32,000 nucleotides of DNA from Delftia acidovorans NBRC 14950 (GCF_001598795.1 NZ_BCZP01000004.1:30001-62000), one strand, 5' to 3'. Numbered from the stretch's first letter, positions 8,153 through 16,017 are shown. Numbers and translations are program-made. The notes: generated by a model not told the origin, from the letters alone.

Positions 8153-9457
8153 ATGCAGCAACCCGCTTCGGCCGGCGTTACCAACCACGCCATCCCTTCA
8201 TACCTGCAGGCCGATCACCTCGGCCCCTGGGGCAACTACCTGCAGCAGGTCGATCGCGTCACGCCCTACCTGGGCCATCTCGCCCGCTGGGTCGAAACCC
8301 TCAAGCGCCCCAAGCGCATCCTGATCGTCGATGTGCCGATCGAGCTGGACAACGGCACCATCGCCCACTACGAAGGCTACCGCGTGCAGCACAACCTGAG
8401 CCGCGGTCCCGGCAAGGGCGGCGTGCGTTTCCACCAGGACGTGACCCTGTCCGAAGTCATGGCCCTGTCGGCCTGGATGTCGGTCAAGAACGCGGCCGTC
8501 AACGTGCCCTACGGCGGCGCCAAGGGCGGCATCCGTGTCGATCCCAAGACGCTGTCGCGCGGTGAGCTGGAGCGCCTGACGCGCCGCTACACCAGCGAGA
8601 TCGGCCTGCTGATCGGCCCCTCCAAGGACATCCCCGCGCCTGACGTCAACACCAATGGCCAGATCATGGCCTGGATGATGGACACGTACTCCATGAACAC
8701 CGGCGCCACCGCCACCGGCGTGGTCACGGGCAAGCCCGTGGACCTGGGCGGCTCGCTGGGCCGCGTCGAGGCCACCGGCCGCGGCGTGTTCACCGTGGGC
8801 GTGGAAGCGGCCAAGCTGACCGGCCTGTCGGTCCAGGGTGCGCGCATCGCCGTGCAGGGCTTCGGCAACGTGGGCGGCACGGCGGGCAAGCTGTTCGCCG
8901 ACGTGGGCGCCAAGGTCGTGGCCGTGCAGGACCACACCGGCACCATCCACAACGCCAACGGCCTGGACGTGCCGGCCCTGCTGGCACACGTGGCCGCCAA
9001 GGGCGGCGTGGGCGGCTTTGACGGCGCCGAGGCCATGGACGCTGCCGACTTCTGGAGCGTGGACTGCGACATCCTGATCCCCGCCGCACTGGAAGGCCAG
9101 ATCACCAAGGACAACGCCGGCAAGATCAAGGCCAAGATGGTGATCGAGGGCGCCAACGGCCCCACCACCACCGAGGCCGACGACATCCTGACCGAAAAGG
9201 GCGTGCTGGTGCTGCCCGACGTGCTGGCCAATGCCGGCGGCGTGACGGTGAGCTACTTCGAATGGGTGCAGGACTTCTCCAGCTTCTTCTGGAGCGAGGA
9301 CGAGATCAACGCCCGCCTGGTGCGCATCATGCAGGACGCCTTCGCGGCCATCTGGCAGGTGGCCCAGCAGCACGGCGTGACGCTGCGCACCGCCACCTTC
9401 ATCGTGGCCTGCCAGCGCATCCTGCATGCGCGCGAGATGCGAGGTTTGTATCCCTGA
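8153..9457 (+). CDS. gdhA: NAD(P)-dependent glutamate dehydrogenase (Glu/Leu/Phe/Val dehydrogenase family)
   Basis: '[10 protein letters not shown]', catalytic-Lys block '[11 protein letters not shown]', Rossmann 'VQGFGNVGG', and '[15 protein letters not shown]'. ATG at 8153 is in frame within ORF 7838... Confidence 0.93.
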   Translation: MQQPASAGVTNHAIPSYLQADHLGPWGNYLQQVDRVTPYLGHLARWVETLKRPKRILIVDVPIELDNGTIAHYEGYRVQHNLSRGPGKGGVRFHQDVTLSEVMALSAWMSVKNAAVNVPYGGAKGGIRVDPKTLSRGELERLTRRYTSEIGLLIGPSKDIPAPDVNTNGQIMAWMMDTYSMNTGATATGVVTGKPVDLGGSLGRVEATGRGVFTVGVEAAKLTGLSVQGARIAVQGFGNVGGTAGKLFADVGAKVVAVQDHTGTIHNANGLDVPALLAHVAAKGGVGGFDGAEAMDAADFWSVDCDILIPAALEGQITKDNAGKIKAKMVIEGANGPTTTEADDILTEKGVLVLPDVLANAGGVTVSYFEWVQDFSSFFWSEDEINARLVRIMQDAFAAIWQVAQQHGVTLRTATFIVACQRILHAREMRGLYP

Positions 9458-9565
9458 CCCCCTGAGGCGCTGACGCGCCTTCCCCCTCTCTACCCGCTCC
9501 GCGGGGGAGGGGGACGACACCCTCGCTGCGGGGCGGCCCTTGCTCGGTGTCCCTGACTTGGGCCG
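9458..9565 (+). repeat. REP/MITE-like intergenic repeat, copy A
   Basis: CCCCCTGAGGCGCTGACGCGCCTTCCCCC...GGGGGACGACACCCTCGCTGCGGGGCGG...CCCTTGCTCGGTGTCCCTG. Starts directly after the gdh stop. Homologous to the copies at 13378, 20766 (minus strand) and 24916. Confidence 0.85.
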
Positions 9566-9595
9566 CGCCAGTTTCATGCGCTGTGCATTCTGCGA

Positions 9596-9627
9596 AAAAG
9601 AAAAGGCGCTTCGGCGCCCTTTTTCTT
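9596..9627 (+). terminator. bidirectional rho-independent terminator
   Basis: A-tract, GGCGC-TTCG-GCGCC hairpin (9605-9618), then CTTTTTCTT. Downstream of gdh and repeat copy A. Confidence 0.55.
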
Positions 9628-9711
9628 GTGGCCGCCTTTTCGGCAACGGGTTAGCACGCGTTCCAGTGGGCCTAAGCGCGGGTTTCCGAATGGCGAAGCG
9701 GATCTCCAGTC

Positions 9712-9745
9712 AAACCCTGGTGCCCTGGGGCCCAGGGTTTTCTAT
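9712..9745 (+). promoter_or_regulatory. terminator-like hairpin with alternative pairings in the leader of the Bug-ligase operon
   Basis: AAACCCTGG (9712-9720) or CCCTGG (9723-9728) can each pair with CCAGGG(TTT) at 9732-9740. Followed by TTTTCTAT. Confidence 0.35.
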
Positions 9746-9751
9746 CGTTGC

Positions 9752-9774
9752 GGGCAGTGAACTGGAGACTGCCC
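9752..9774 (+). promoter_or_regulatory. hairpin GGGCAGT-N9-ACTGCCC enclosing the Shine-Dalgarno and abutting the start codon
   Basis: 7-bp perfect stem. The loop 'gaactggag' contains GGAG. The ATG at 9775 follows immediately. Confidence 0.35.
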
Positions 9775-10743
9775 ATGACCGTCCGACGCAGCCTGCTGGC
9801 CTTGCTGGCCGCTTTGCCTTTTTTCTCCCTGGCTCCTGCCGCCGCGCTGGCGGCGGCCTGGCCTGAACGCCCCATCACCATCGTGGTGCCGGCCGCCGCA
9901 GGCGGCACCACGGACATTGCCGCGCGCGTGCTGGCCGAGAAGATGGGAAAGGACCTGGGCACCTCGGTGGTGGTGGAGAACAAGGGCGGGGGCGGCGGCA
10001 GCATCGGCACGGCCCAGGTGGCGCGCGCCAGGCCTGATGGCTACACGCTGCTCATGGGCAACATCGGCCCGGTGGCCATCAATTTCAGCCTGTACAAGCA
10101 GCTCAGCTACAAGGAAAGCGATCTGCGCGGCATCACCAATGTGATCTCCGTGCCCAACATCCTCGTGGTCCATGCCGATTCGCCCGTGCGCAGCGTGCGC
10201 GAGCTGGTGGAGCTGGCCAGGACCCGGCGCCTGAACGTGTCCACCTCGGGCGTGGGCCAGTCGCCGCACATGTCCTCGGAGATGTTCCGCCAGAAGGCCG
10301 GCATCGAGGTCACGCTCGTGCCCTTTCCCGGCGCCGCGCCTGCGGTCACGGCGCTGCTGGGCCAGCAGGTGGACTACATGATCGACAACCTGCCCAGCTC
10401 CATGCCGCACATCAGGAGCGGCAAGTTCCGCGCGCTGGCCATCACCAGCGCCACGCGCTCGGCCCAGTTGCCCGAGGTGCCCACCATGACCGAGGCCGGC
10501 GTGCCCATGCAGGTCACGGCCTGGTTCGGCCTGCTGGCCCCTGCCGGCACGCCCGATGTCGTGGTCGAGCGCATCCAGCAGTCGGCCCGGCGCGCCATGC
10601 AGACGGCCGAGGTGCGCCAGCGCTTTGCCGACCTGGGCGGCGTGCCCGGTGGCGAGACACCGGCCGAGTACGACGCCTTCATCGCCCAGGAACGCAAGAG
10701 CTGGGCCCAGATCGTCAAGGCCGCAGGCCTGTCGCTGGAATAG
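9775..10743 (+). CDS. Bug-family (TctC-like) tripartite tricarboxylate transporter substrate-binding protein
   Basis: Signal peptide 'LLALLAALPFFSLAPAAALAAAWP'. 'RPITIVVPAAAGGTTDIAARVL', 'ENKGGGGG', 'ARPDGYTLL', 'VPFPGAAPA', 'TAWFGLLAPAGTP'. GGAGA lies 6 nt upstream of the ATG at 9775. Confidence 0.9.
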   Translation: MTVRRSLLALLAALPFFSLAPAAALAAAWPERPITIVVPAAAGGTTDIAARVLAEKMGKDLGTSVVVENKGGGGGSIGTAQVARARPDGYTLLMGNIGPVAINFSLYKQLSYKESDLRGITNVISVPNILVVHADSPVRSVRELVELARTRRLNVSTSGVGQSPHMSSEMFRQKAGIEVTLVPFPGAAPAVTALLGQQVDYMIDNLPSSMPHIRSGKFRALAITSATRSAQLPEVPTMTEAGVPMQVTAWFGLLAPAGTPDVVVERIQQSARRAMQTAEVRQRFADLGGVPGGETPAEYDAFIAQERKSWAQIVKAAGLSLE

Positions 10744-10764
10744 TTCTCCCCACTCGCCCCTCCC

Positions 10765-12345
10765 ATGCAAGAAGACATCGCCTCCCTGCTGCGCCAGCCC
10801 TTTGGCTCGCTGCCCGAACTCGTCGCGCTGCAGGCCAGCCAGCGCCCCGGCCACACCGCACTGGCCATGGACGGCCGCAGCCTCGACTACGCCGCGCTGC
10901 GCCTGGGCATGGACCGCGTGGCCCTGCGCCTGCAACGCCAAGGCCTGGGCCCCGGCGACGTGGTGGCCATTTGCGCGGGCAGCTCGCCCGAGTACGTGCT
11001 GGCCTTCCTGGGCGCGTTGCGCGCGGGCGTGGCCGTGGCGCCGCTGGCCCCGTCGGCCACGGCCGGCCACCTGAGCGCCATGCTGGACAACTGCGGCGCC
11101 CGGCTGGTGCTGCGCGATGCGGAAACCGCCGCGCAATGGCCGCTGCAGGCCGGACAGGATCTGCAATGCGTGGCTCTGGACGGCGCTGTCGAAGCCGGCA
11201 TTCCGTGGTCGCAATGGCTGGCTGCGGACGAAGCGGACCATGGCACGGCACCCACGCCCATCCACCCCCAGCCCGACTGGCCCTTCAACGTCATCTACTC
11301 CTCGGGCACCACGGGAGTGCCCAAGGGCATTGTCCAGTCCTGGGCCATGCGCTGGGCCCATGTGCAGCGCGCCATCCACAACGGCTACGGACCCGATGCC
11401 GTCTCGCTGTGCGCCACGCCGCTGTACTCCAACACCACCCTGGTCGCGGCCCTGCCCACGCTGGGGCTGGGCGGCACCCTGGTGCTGATGCGCAAGTTCG
11501 ACGCGGCGCAGTACCTGGAACTGGCCGAGCGCCACCATGCCACCCACACCATGCTCGTGCCCGTGCAGTACCAGCGGCTGATGCAGTGCCCGGGGTTCGA
11601 CGGCGCCGACCTGAGCCGCCTGCAGCACAAGTTCTGCACCAGCGCACCCTTCCATCCCGCGCTCAAGGCCGAGGTGCTGCGCCGCTGGCCCGGACGGCTC
11701 ATCGAGTACTACGGCATGACCGAAGGCGGCGTGCGCTGCGAGCTGCACTGCCATGACTTCCCCGACAAGCTGCACACCGTGGGGAGGCCGGGACCGGGCG
11801 CCGACATCCGCTTCATCGATGAGCAGGGCCGCGAACTGCCGCCCGGCGAGCAGGGCGAGATCGTGGGCCGCTCGGCCGGAATGATGAGCGGCTACCACCG
11901 CCTGCCCGACAAGACGCAGGAGGCCGAATGGTTCGATGCCCAGGGCCTGCGCTTCATCCGCAGCGGCGACGTGGGCCGCCTGGACGAGGACGGCTTCATC
12001 GTGCTGGGCGACCGCAAGAAGGACATGATCATCACGGGCGGCTTCAACGTCTACCCGAGCGACATCGAGTCCGTGCTGCTGCAGCACCCGCAGGTGGCCG
12101 AATGCGCGGTGATCGGCGTGCCCTCCGATGCATGGGGCGAGACCCCCGTGGCCTACGCCGTGGCGCGCCCCGATGCCACGCCCTCGGCCGCCGAGCTGCG
12201 CGAATGGCTGAACGCCCGCGTGGGCAAGACCCAGCGCGTGGCCGAGCTGCGGCTGGCCGCCAGCCTGCCGCGCAGCGAGATCGGCAAAGTGCTCAAGCGC
12301 GCGCTGCGCGAGCAGTACCAGGCCGGCGCCCTGTCCTCTTCATGA
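10765..12345 (+). CDS. AMP-dependent acyl-CoA synthetase/ligase (class I adenylate-forming enzyme)
   Basis: 'IYSSGTTGVPKG' P-loop-like AMP motif, 'EYYGMTEGG', 'SGDVGRLDEDGFIVLGDRKKDMIITGGFNVYP', and terminal 'GKVLKRALRE'. Confidence 0.92.
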   Translation: MQEDIASLLRQPFGSLPELVALQASQRPGHTALAMDGRSLDYAALRLGMDRVALRLQRQGLGPGDVVAICAGSSPEYVLAFLGALRAGVAVAPLAPSATAGHLSAMLDNCGARLVLRDAETAAQWPLQAGQDLQCVALDGAVEAGIPWSQWLAADEADHGTAPTPIHPQPDWPFNVIYSSGTTGVPKGIVQSWAMRWAHVQRAIHNGYGPDAVSLCATPLYSNTTLVAALPTLGLGGTLVLMRKFDAAQYLELAERHHATHTMLVPVQYQRLMQCPGFDGADLSRLQHKFCTSAPFHPALKAEVLRRWPGRLIEYYGMTEGGVRCELHCHDFPDKLHTVGRPGPGADIRFIDEQGRELPPGEQGEIVGRSAGMMSGYHRLPDKTQEAEWFDAQGLRFIRSGDVGRLDEDGFIVLGDRKKDMIITGGFNVYPSDIESVLLQHPQVAECAVIGVPSDAWGETPVAYAVARPDATPSAAELREWLNARVGKTQRVAELRLAASLPRSEIGKVLKRALREQYQAGALSSS

Positions 12346-12359
12346 AACGGAGTCCCCCC

Positions 12360-12395
12360 ATGCCCATGCCCATGCCCATGTCCATGCCCATGCAC
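12360..12395 (+). repeat. in-frame hexanucleotide tandem repeat (ATGCCC)3-ATGTCC-ATGCCC-ATGCAC encoding MPMPMPMSMPMH
   Basis: Read directly from the sequence: six consecutive in-frame ATG-containing hexamers at the extreme 5' end of the Bug CDS. Confidence 0.95.
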
Positions 12396-13373
12396 CCACT
12401 CCCGCGCCGCCGCCTGCTGTCCTGCCTGGCCCTGGCGACCTGCGCCCTGCTGGCCCCGGCCGCCCATGCTGCCGAGGCCTGGCCTGCCAAGCCCATACAG
12501 CTGGTCATTCCCTATCCACCCGCCGGCAGTGCCGACCTGCTGGGCCGCCCGCTGGCCGTGCAACTGCAGCAGCAGCTGGGCCAGCCCGTGGTGCTGGAAT
12601 ACAAGCCCGGTGCGGGCGGCACGCTGGCCTCGCAATACGTGGCGCGCGCCAGGCCCGATGGCTACACCGTGCTCATGGTGCTGGCCGCCCATGCCATCAA
12701 CGACAGCCTCTATCCCAAGCTGCCCTACGACACCCGCCGCGACTTCGCGCCCGTGTCTTTGGTGGCCAACCTGCCCATGGTGGTTGCGGCCAGCAGCAAG
12801 CTGCCGGCAAAGAACATCCAGGAACTCATCCAGGCCGCCAAGGCCAACCCCGGCAAGCTCACCTTCGGCTCGGCGGGCAACGGCAACACGGGGCATCTTG
12901 CGGCCGAGTACTTCGGTTCCATGGCAGGCGTGCGCATGACCCATGTGCCCTACAAGGGCAGCGCGGGCGTGGTCAACGCCATGCTGGCCGGCGACATCGA
13001 CCTGACCTTCGACAGCATCTCCACCTCCATGCCCCACATCCGCAGCGGGCGCATGCATGCGCTGGCCGTCACCAGCCCGCAGCGCTCGGCGCTGGCGCCC
13101 GAGGTGGCCACCATCCAGGAGCAGGGCATCGCAGGCTTCGACGTGACCGGCTGGTACGCCGTCATCGCGCCGGCCGGCACGCCCGCCGAAGCCACCCAGC
13201 GCCTGAGCCGCGAGATCGCCTCCGCCCTGCGCCAGCCCGCGCTGCAGGCCCAGCTGGCCGCCGGCGGCTACGAGCCCGTGGGCTCCACGCCCGAGGCGCT
13301 GCAGGCGCATATCGACAAGGAAATCACGCGCTGGGCCACTGTCGTCAAATCGACAGGTGCACGGGTGGATTGA
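12360..13373 (+). CDS. Bug-family (TctC-like) substrate-binding protein
   Basis: 'PRRRLLSCLALATCALLAPAAHAAEAWP' signal. 'KPIQLVIPYPPAGSADLLGR', 'YKPGAGG', 'ARPDGYTVL', 'VPYKGSAG', 'TGWYAVIAPAGTP'. GGAG-N7-ATG supports 12360. In-frame alternatives are 12342 (ATGA overlap with the ligase stop) and 12366/72/78/84/90. Confidence 0.88.
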   Translation: MPMPMPMSMPMHPLPRRRLLSCLALATCALLAPAAHAAEAWPAKPIQLVIPYPPAGSADLLGRPLAVQLQQQLGQPVVLEYKPGAGGTLASQYVARARPDGYTVLMVLAAHAINDSLYPKLPYDTRRDFAPVSLVANLPMVVAASSKLPAKNIQELIQAAKANPGKLTFGSAGNGNTGHLAAEYFGSMAGVRMTHVPYKGSAGVVNAMLAGDIDLTFDSISTSMPHIRSGRMHALAVTSPQRSALAPEVATIQEQGIAGFDVTGWYAVIAPAGTPAEATQRLSREIASALRQPALQAQLAAGGYEPVGSTPEALQAHIDKEITRWATVVKSTGARVD

Positions 13374-13377
13374 AAGT

Positions 13378-13522
13378 CACCCCCTGAGCGGCTGCGCCGC
13401 TTCCCCCGTGTGCACGGCGCCCTCTCTCGCTTCGCGGGAGGGGGGCATCCGGGCAACCGGCGGCACCCTCGGTGCGGGGCGGCGCGGCCGGCGTAGGCCC
13501 TTCCTCGGTGCCCTGGAGTCGG
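13378..13522 (+). repeat. REP/MITE-like intergenic repeat, copy B (longest variant)
   Basis: CACCCCCTGAGCGGCTGCGCCGCTTCCCCC...CTCTCTCGCTTCGCGGGAGGGGGG...CACCCTCGGTGCGGGGCGGCGCGGCCGGCGTAGGCCCTTCCTCGGTGCCCTGG. The CCCCC core begins 6 nt after the Bug stop. Confidence 0.85.
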
Positions 13523-13555
13523 TACACGCCAGTCTCGAGCGCCGCGCCCAATGCG

Positions 13556-14020
13556 ATGATCATGTCCATGAATACACCCATCAAAGACCACCCGGCCAAC
13601 CCCTTCGAAGGCGAGGCGCCCGGCATCCTCTTCGGCCTGCCCATGCCCATGGCCCGCGCCATGAAGCTCAGCGGTGAACGCATCGGCGAGGACCGCGCCC
13701 AGATCCGCATGGGCTTTCAACCGGATCAGGCCAATAGCCGCGGCGACGTGCACGGCGGCGCCATCGCCTCGCTGCTGGACTGCGCCCTGGCCTCGGCCTG
13801 CCGCTCGCATGACCCCACGGCCTTCGGCGTGGCCACCATCGATCTCACGCTGCACTACGTCTCGGCCGGCAGCGGCGATCTCATCGCCACCGCCCACTGC
13901 GAGCGGCGCGGCCGCTCCATCAGCTTCGCGCGCGGCGAAGTGCGTTCCGAGGACGGCACCCTGGTGGCCCTGGCCACCGGCACCTTCAAGCTGATGGCGC
14001 GCAGCCCGGCACAGGCCTGA
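13556..14020 (+). CDS. PaaI-family hot-dog thioesterase
   Basis: 'NSRGDVHGGAIASLLDCALA', 'IDLTLHYVSA' and 'ARGEVRSEDGTLVALATGTF' are typical of PaaI/TIGR00369-type thioesterases. The start is ambiguous among ATGs at 13556/13562/13568. The upstream part of ORF 13472.. lies in repeat copy B. Confidence 0.78.
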   Translation: MIMSMNTPIKDHPANPFEGEAPGILFGLPMPMARAMKLSGERIGEDRAQIRMGFQPDQANSRGDVHGGAIASLLDCALASACRSHDPTAFGVATIDLTLHYVSAGSGDLIATAHCERRGRSISFARGEVRSEDGTLVALATGTFKLMARSPAQA

Positions 14021-14078
14021 GCGTAGGGCACACGCGGCGCCGGATGGCGCCGGACGGCACTTGCGTGCCGCCGCGTCG

Positions 14079-14624
14079 TCAGAGCCGCTTTTCCTTGGCC
14101 TCGATCAGCTTTTGCATCAGTTCGCAGACCTGCCGTGCCTGTTCCTGGGTGATGTCGATGTTCTCGATCACCGAGCGCTTGAACTGGATGCCGTTGACTA
14201 CGCCGCTGTTCTCGATGAAGCCCAGCGTCAGGGTGCGGTTCAGGAAGTAGATGACGGCGGCGATGCCCCAGCCGATCAGCATGACCACCAGGCCTGCAAA
14301 GAAGCTCTGGGCCATCATGGACCCGCCCATGAACAGCGACAGGGCACCGATGCCCAGCGCCGTCTTCCAGGGTTTGTGATAGCCGTAGTAGGTGGAGCAG
14401 ATGCCCTGCAGCGGGATCAGGCGCGACTGGGTGCCCGACAGCGAGGCGCTGCTGAACTCCAGGCGCTCGCTGCCCACGCGGATGGTGGTGGTGGGATCGA
14501 TGTTGACCTTGGACAGGATCCAGGCGACCAGGCCGCCTTCGCGGCCTGTGATGGCAATGTGGTTGCCCTTGTCGTCTATGGGTTGCTCGCTGGCCTTCCA
14601 GGCCTTGATGACCAATGCACTCAC
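14079..14624 (-). CDS. hypothetical membrane protein (181 aa, two central TM helices), lower-GC orphan
   Basis: GTG start with GAGAGGG upstream. Soluble N-terminal ~85 aa, then 'ALGIGALSLFMGGSMMAQSFFAGLVVMLIGWGIAAVIYFL', then a ~55-aa C-terminus ending in a Lys/Glu helix. I counted about 55% GC in two 60-nt lines here against about 73% in a neighbouring gene. I recognise no family. Confidence 0.6.
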   Translation of the reverse strand: MSALVIKAWKASEQPIDDKGNHIAITGREGGLVAWILSKVNIDPTTTIRVGSERLEFSSASLSGTQSRLIPLQGICSTYYGYHKPWKTALGIGALSLFMGGSMMAQSFFAGLVVMLIGWGIAAVIYFLNRTLTLGFIENSGVVNGIQFKRSVIENIDITQEQARQVCELMQKLIEAKEKRL

Positions 14625-14762
14625 GGTAATACCCTCTCTTGAATGTTTGAGAAACCACGGGCTGTCCCGTCATGGCATTGCACCACCGGGGCCGCCTGAG
14701 GAGGGGCGATTACAGCACAGGGCATGAGTGCAGCCTTGGGCAACCAAGGCCGCTGTGCGCCA

Positions 14763-15833
14763 TCAACCGGGTTGCACCCCCGCCGACTGCAGCAGCCGCC
14801 CCCAGACCGGAGCCTCCTGCGCCCAGGCCTTGCCGAAGCGCTGGGGCGTGTCGTCATCCACGGGCACGAAGCCGGCGGCGATGATGCGGGCCGTGCCTTC
14901 GCGGCTGGCCACGGCGCGGTTGGAGATCTCGCCCCATTGCCGCGTGAGGTCGGCCGGCAGGCCACTGGGGCCGGCGATGGCCAGCCAGCCGGACAGTTCC
15001 ATGGCCTCGTGGCGGTAGCCGGCCTCGGCAAAGGTGGGCACCTCGGGCAGCAGGGGCACGCGGCGCGTGCCGGTGACGGCCAGGGCGCGCAGCTTGCCTG
15101 CATCGATGTAGGGCTTGAGCGTGAGCAGGCTGCCCATGCCGATGGGGATGCGCCCGCCCAGCATGTCCTGCACCATCAGCGCCTCGCCCCGGTAGGCCGC
15201 ATGCGCCATGCCGGCACCGGCCATGTCGCTGAGCACGGCGCAGGCCAGGTGGCCGTGCGAGCCTATGCCGTAGGAGCCATACGAGAGCTTGCCCGCGTTG
15301 GCCTGGGCCCAGGCCATGAATTCGCGCAGGTTGGTGGCGGGCACGTCGGCCGTGACCACCAGGGCGATGGGCGCCATGCACACGCGCGACAGGGGCGTGA
15401 GGTCGGTCAGCGGGTCGTAGGCGGTCTTCTTGTAGAGGTATTTGTTGGTGAGCATGGTGGAGGTGGTGCCCAGCAGCAGGGTGAGCCCGTCGGGCGCGGA
15501 GCGGACCACCATCTCGCCGCCGATCAGTCCGGCCGCGCCGGGCTTGTTGTCCACCACCACGGTCTGGCCCAGCTGCTGGGCCATGCGCTCGCCCAGGATG
15601 CGCGCAATCACGTCGGTGGCGCCGCCCGCCGCAAAGGGCACGACGATGCGCACGGGCCGTGTGGCAAAGCCGGCCTGCGCCAGCACGCTGGCGGGCCCTG
15701 CCGCCGCGGCGCCGGCCGCCAGGGCCAGCGCCTGGCGCCGATTCAATCGGTTGTTAAGTCGGTTGTTCAGTCGGTCATTCAATTGGCCGTTGAATCCGCT
15801 GTTCGATGCCGTCCCCGAGATCACTGCCATCAC
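14763..15833 (-). CDS. Bug-family (TctC-like) substrate-binding protein with a repeat-containing N-terminal extension
   Basis: GGAG 6-7 nt upstream of the ATG at 15833. 'NRRQALALAAGAAAAGPASVLA' twin-Arg-type signal. 'RPVRIVVPFAAGGATDVIARIL', 'DNKPGAAG', 'APDGLTLL', 'SGWLAIAGPSGLP'. Confidence 0.88.
   Translation of the reverse strand: MMAVISGTASNSGFNGQLNDRLNNRLNNRLNRRQALALAAGAAAAGPASVLAQAGFATRPVRIVVPFAAGGATDVIARILGERMAQQLGQTVVVDNKPGAAGLIGGEMVVRSAPDGLTLLLGTTSTMLTNKYLYKKTAYDPLTDLTPLSRVCMAPIALVVTADVPATNLREFMAWAQANAGKLSYGSYGIGSHGHLACAVLSDMAGAGMAHAAYRGEALMVQDMLGGRIPIGMGSLLTLKPYIDAGKLRALAVTGTRRVPLLPEVPTFAEAGYRHEAMELSGWLAIAGPSGLPADLTRQWGEISNRAVASREGTARIIAAGFVPVDDDTPQRFGKAWAQEAPVWGRLLQSAGVQPG
15742..15801 (-). 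repeat. degenerate 12-nt tandem repeat (about 5 units) encoding NGQL-NDRL-NNRL-NNRL
   Basis: Plus-strand units: ttcaatcggttg / ttaagtcggttg / ttcagtcggtca / ttcaattggccg / ttgaatccgctg. In frame, directly before the RR motif of the signal peptide. Confidence 0.8.
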
Positions 15834-15960
15834 ACGCTCCTTTGGCTGGGTGCCTCCATGGGTGGAGATACCGGATCAAGAAACCGCCGTCTCGAAATCA
15901 ATCGAGTTGGCCAAGCGTATTCGAGGCAGATGGATTCACCATCAGGGAAATCATTGGACT

Positions 15961-15995
15961 TTTTGCACCATAATCAGAAAACTCTGAGTGCAAAA
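15961..15995. other. compound hairpin/palindrome TTTTGCAC..TCAGA-N4-TCTGA..GTGCAAAA in an AT-rich intergenic region
   Basis: 8-bp outer arms and 5-bp inner arms. Lies 23-57 nt downstream of the lyase stop (minus strand) and about 130 nt upstream of the Bug start at 15833. No U-tract follows. Confidence 0.35.
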
Positions 15996-16017
15996 CGGTC
16001 TTTCAGTCTCATTTTGA

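Noticed and set aside
9540-9866. Small ORFs lying on the repeat copies (9540-9866, 13357-13677, 20518-20817, 24910-25125, N-terminus of 23983-25035) that yield recurring peptides such as 'PEGVVPL...'.
   Set aside because: The similarity is explained by the DNA repeat itself. Copies differ by non-triplet indels, the frame is not conserved between copies, and there is no SD or start context.
12360-12395. Short tandem repeats (hexamer at 12360, 12-mers at 15742 and 18008, GATCCACT x2 at 27227-27242) considered as a CRISPR or other array.
   Set aside because: The units are 6-12 nt and contiguous, with no spacers. Two of the repeats lie inside coding sequence. No cas genes are present.
14079-14624. 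The orphan membrane protein considered as a toxin, abortive-infection or defence effector, or part of a genomic island.
   Set aside because: It is a single gene with no partner, no neighbouring integrase, tRNA or direct repeats, and no recognisable domain. Only the composition anomaly is real. It is kept as a finding, but no functional claim is justified.
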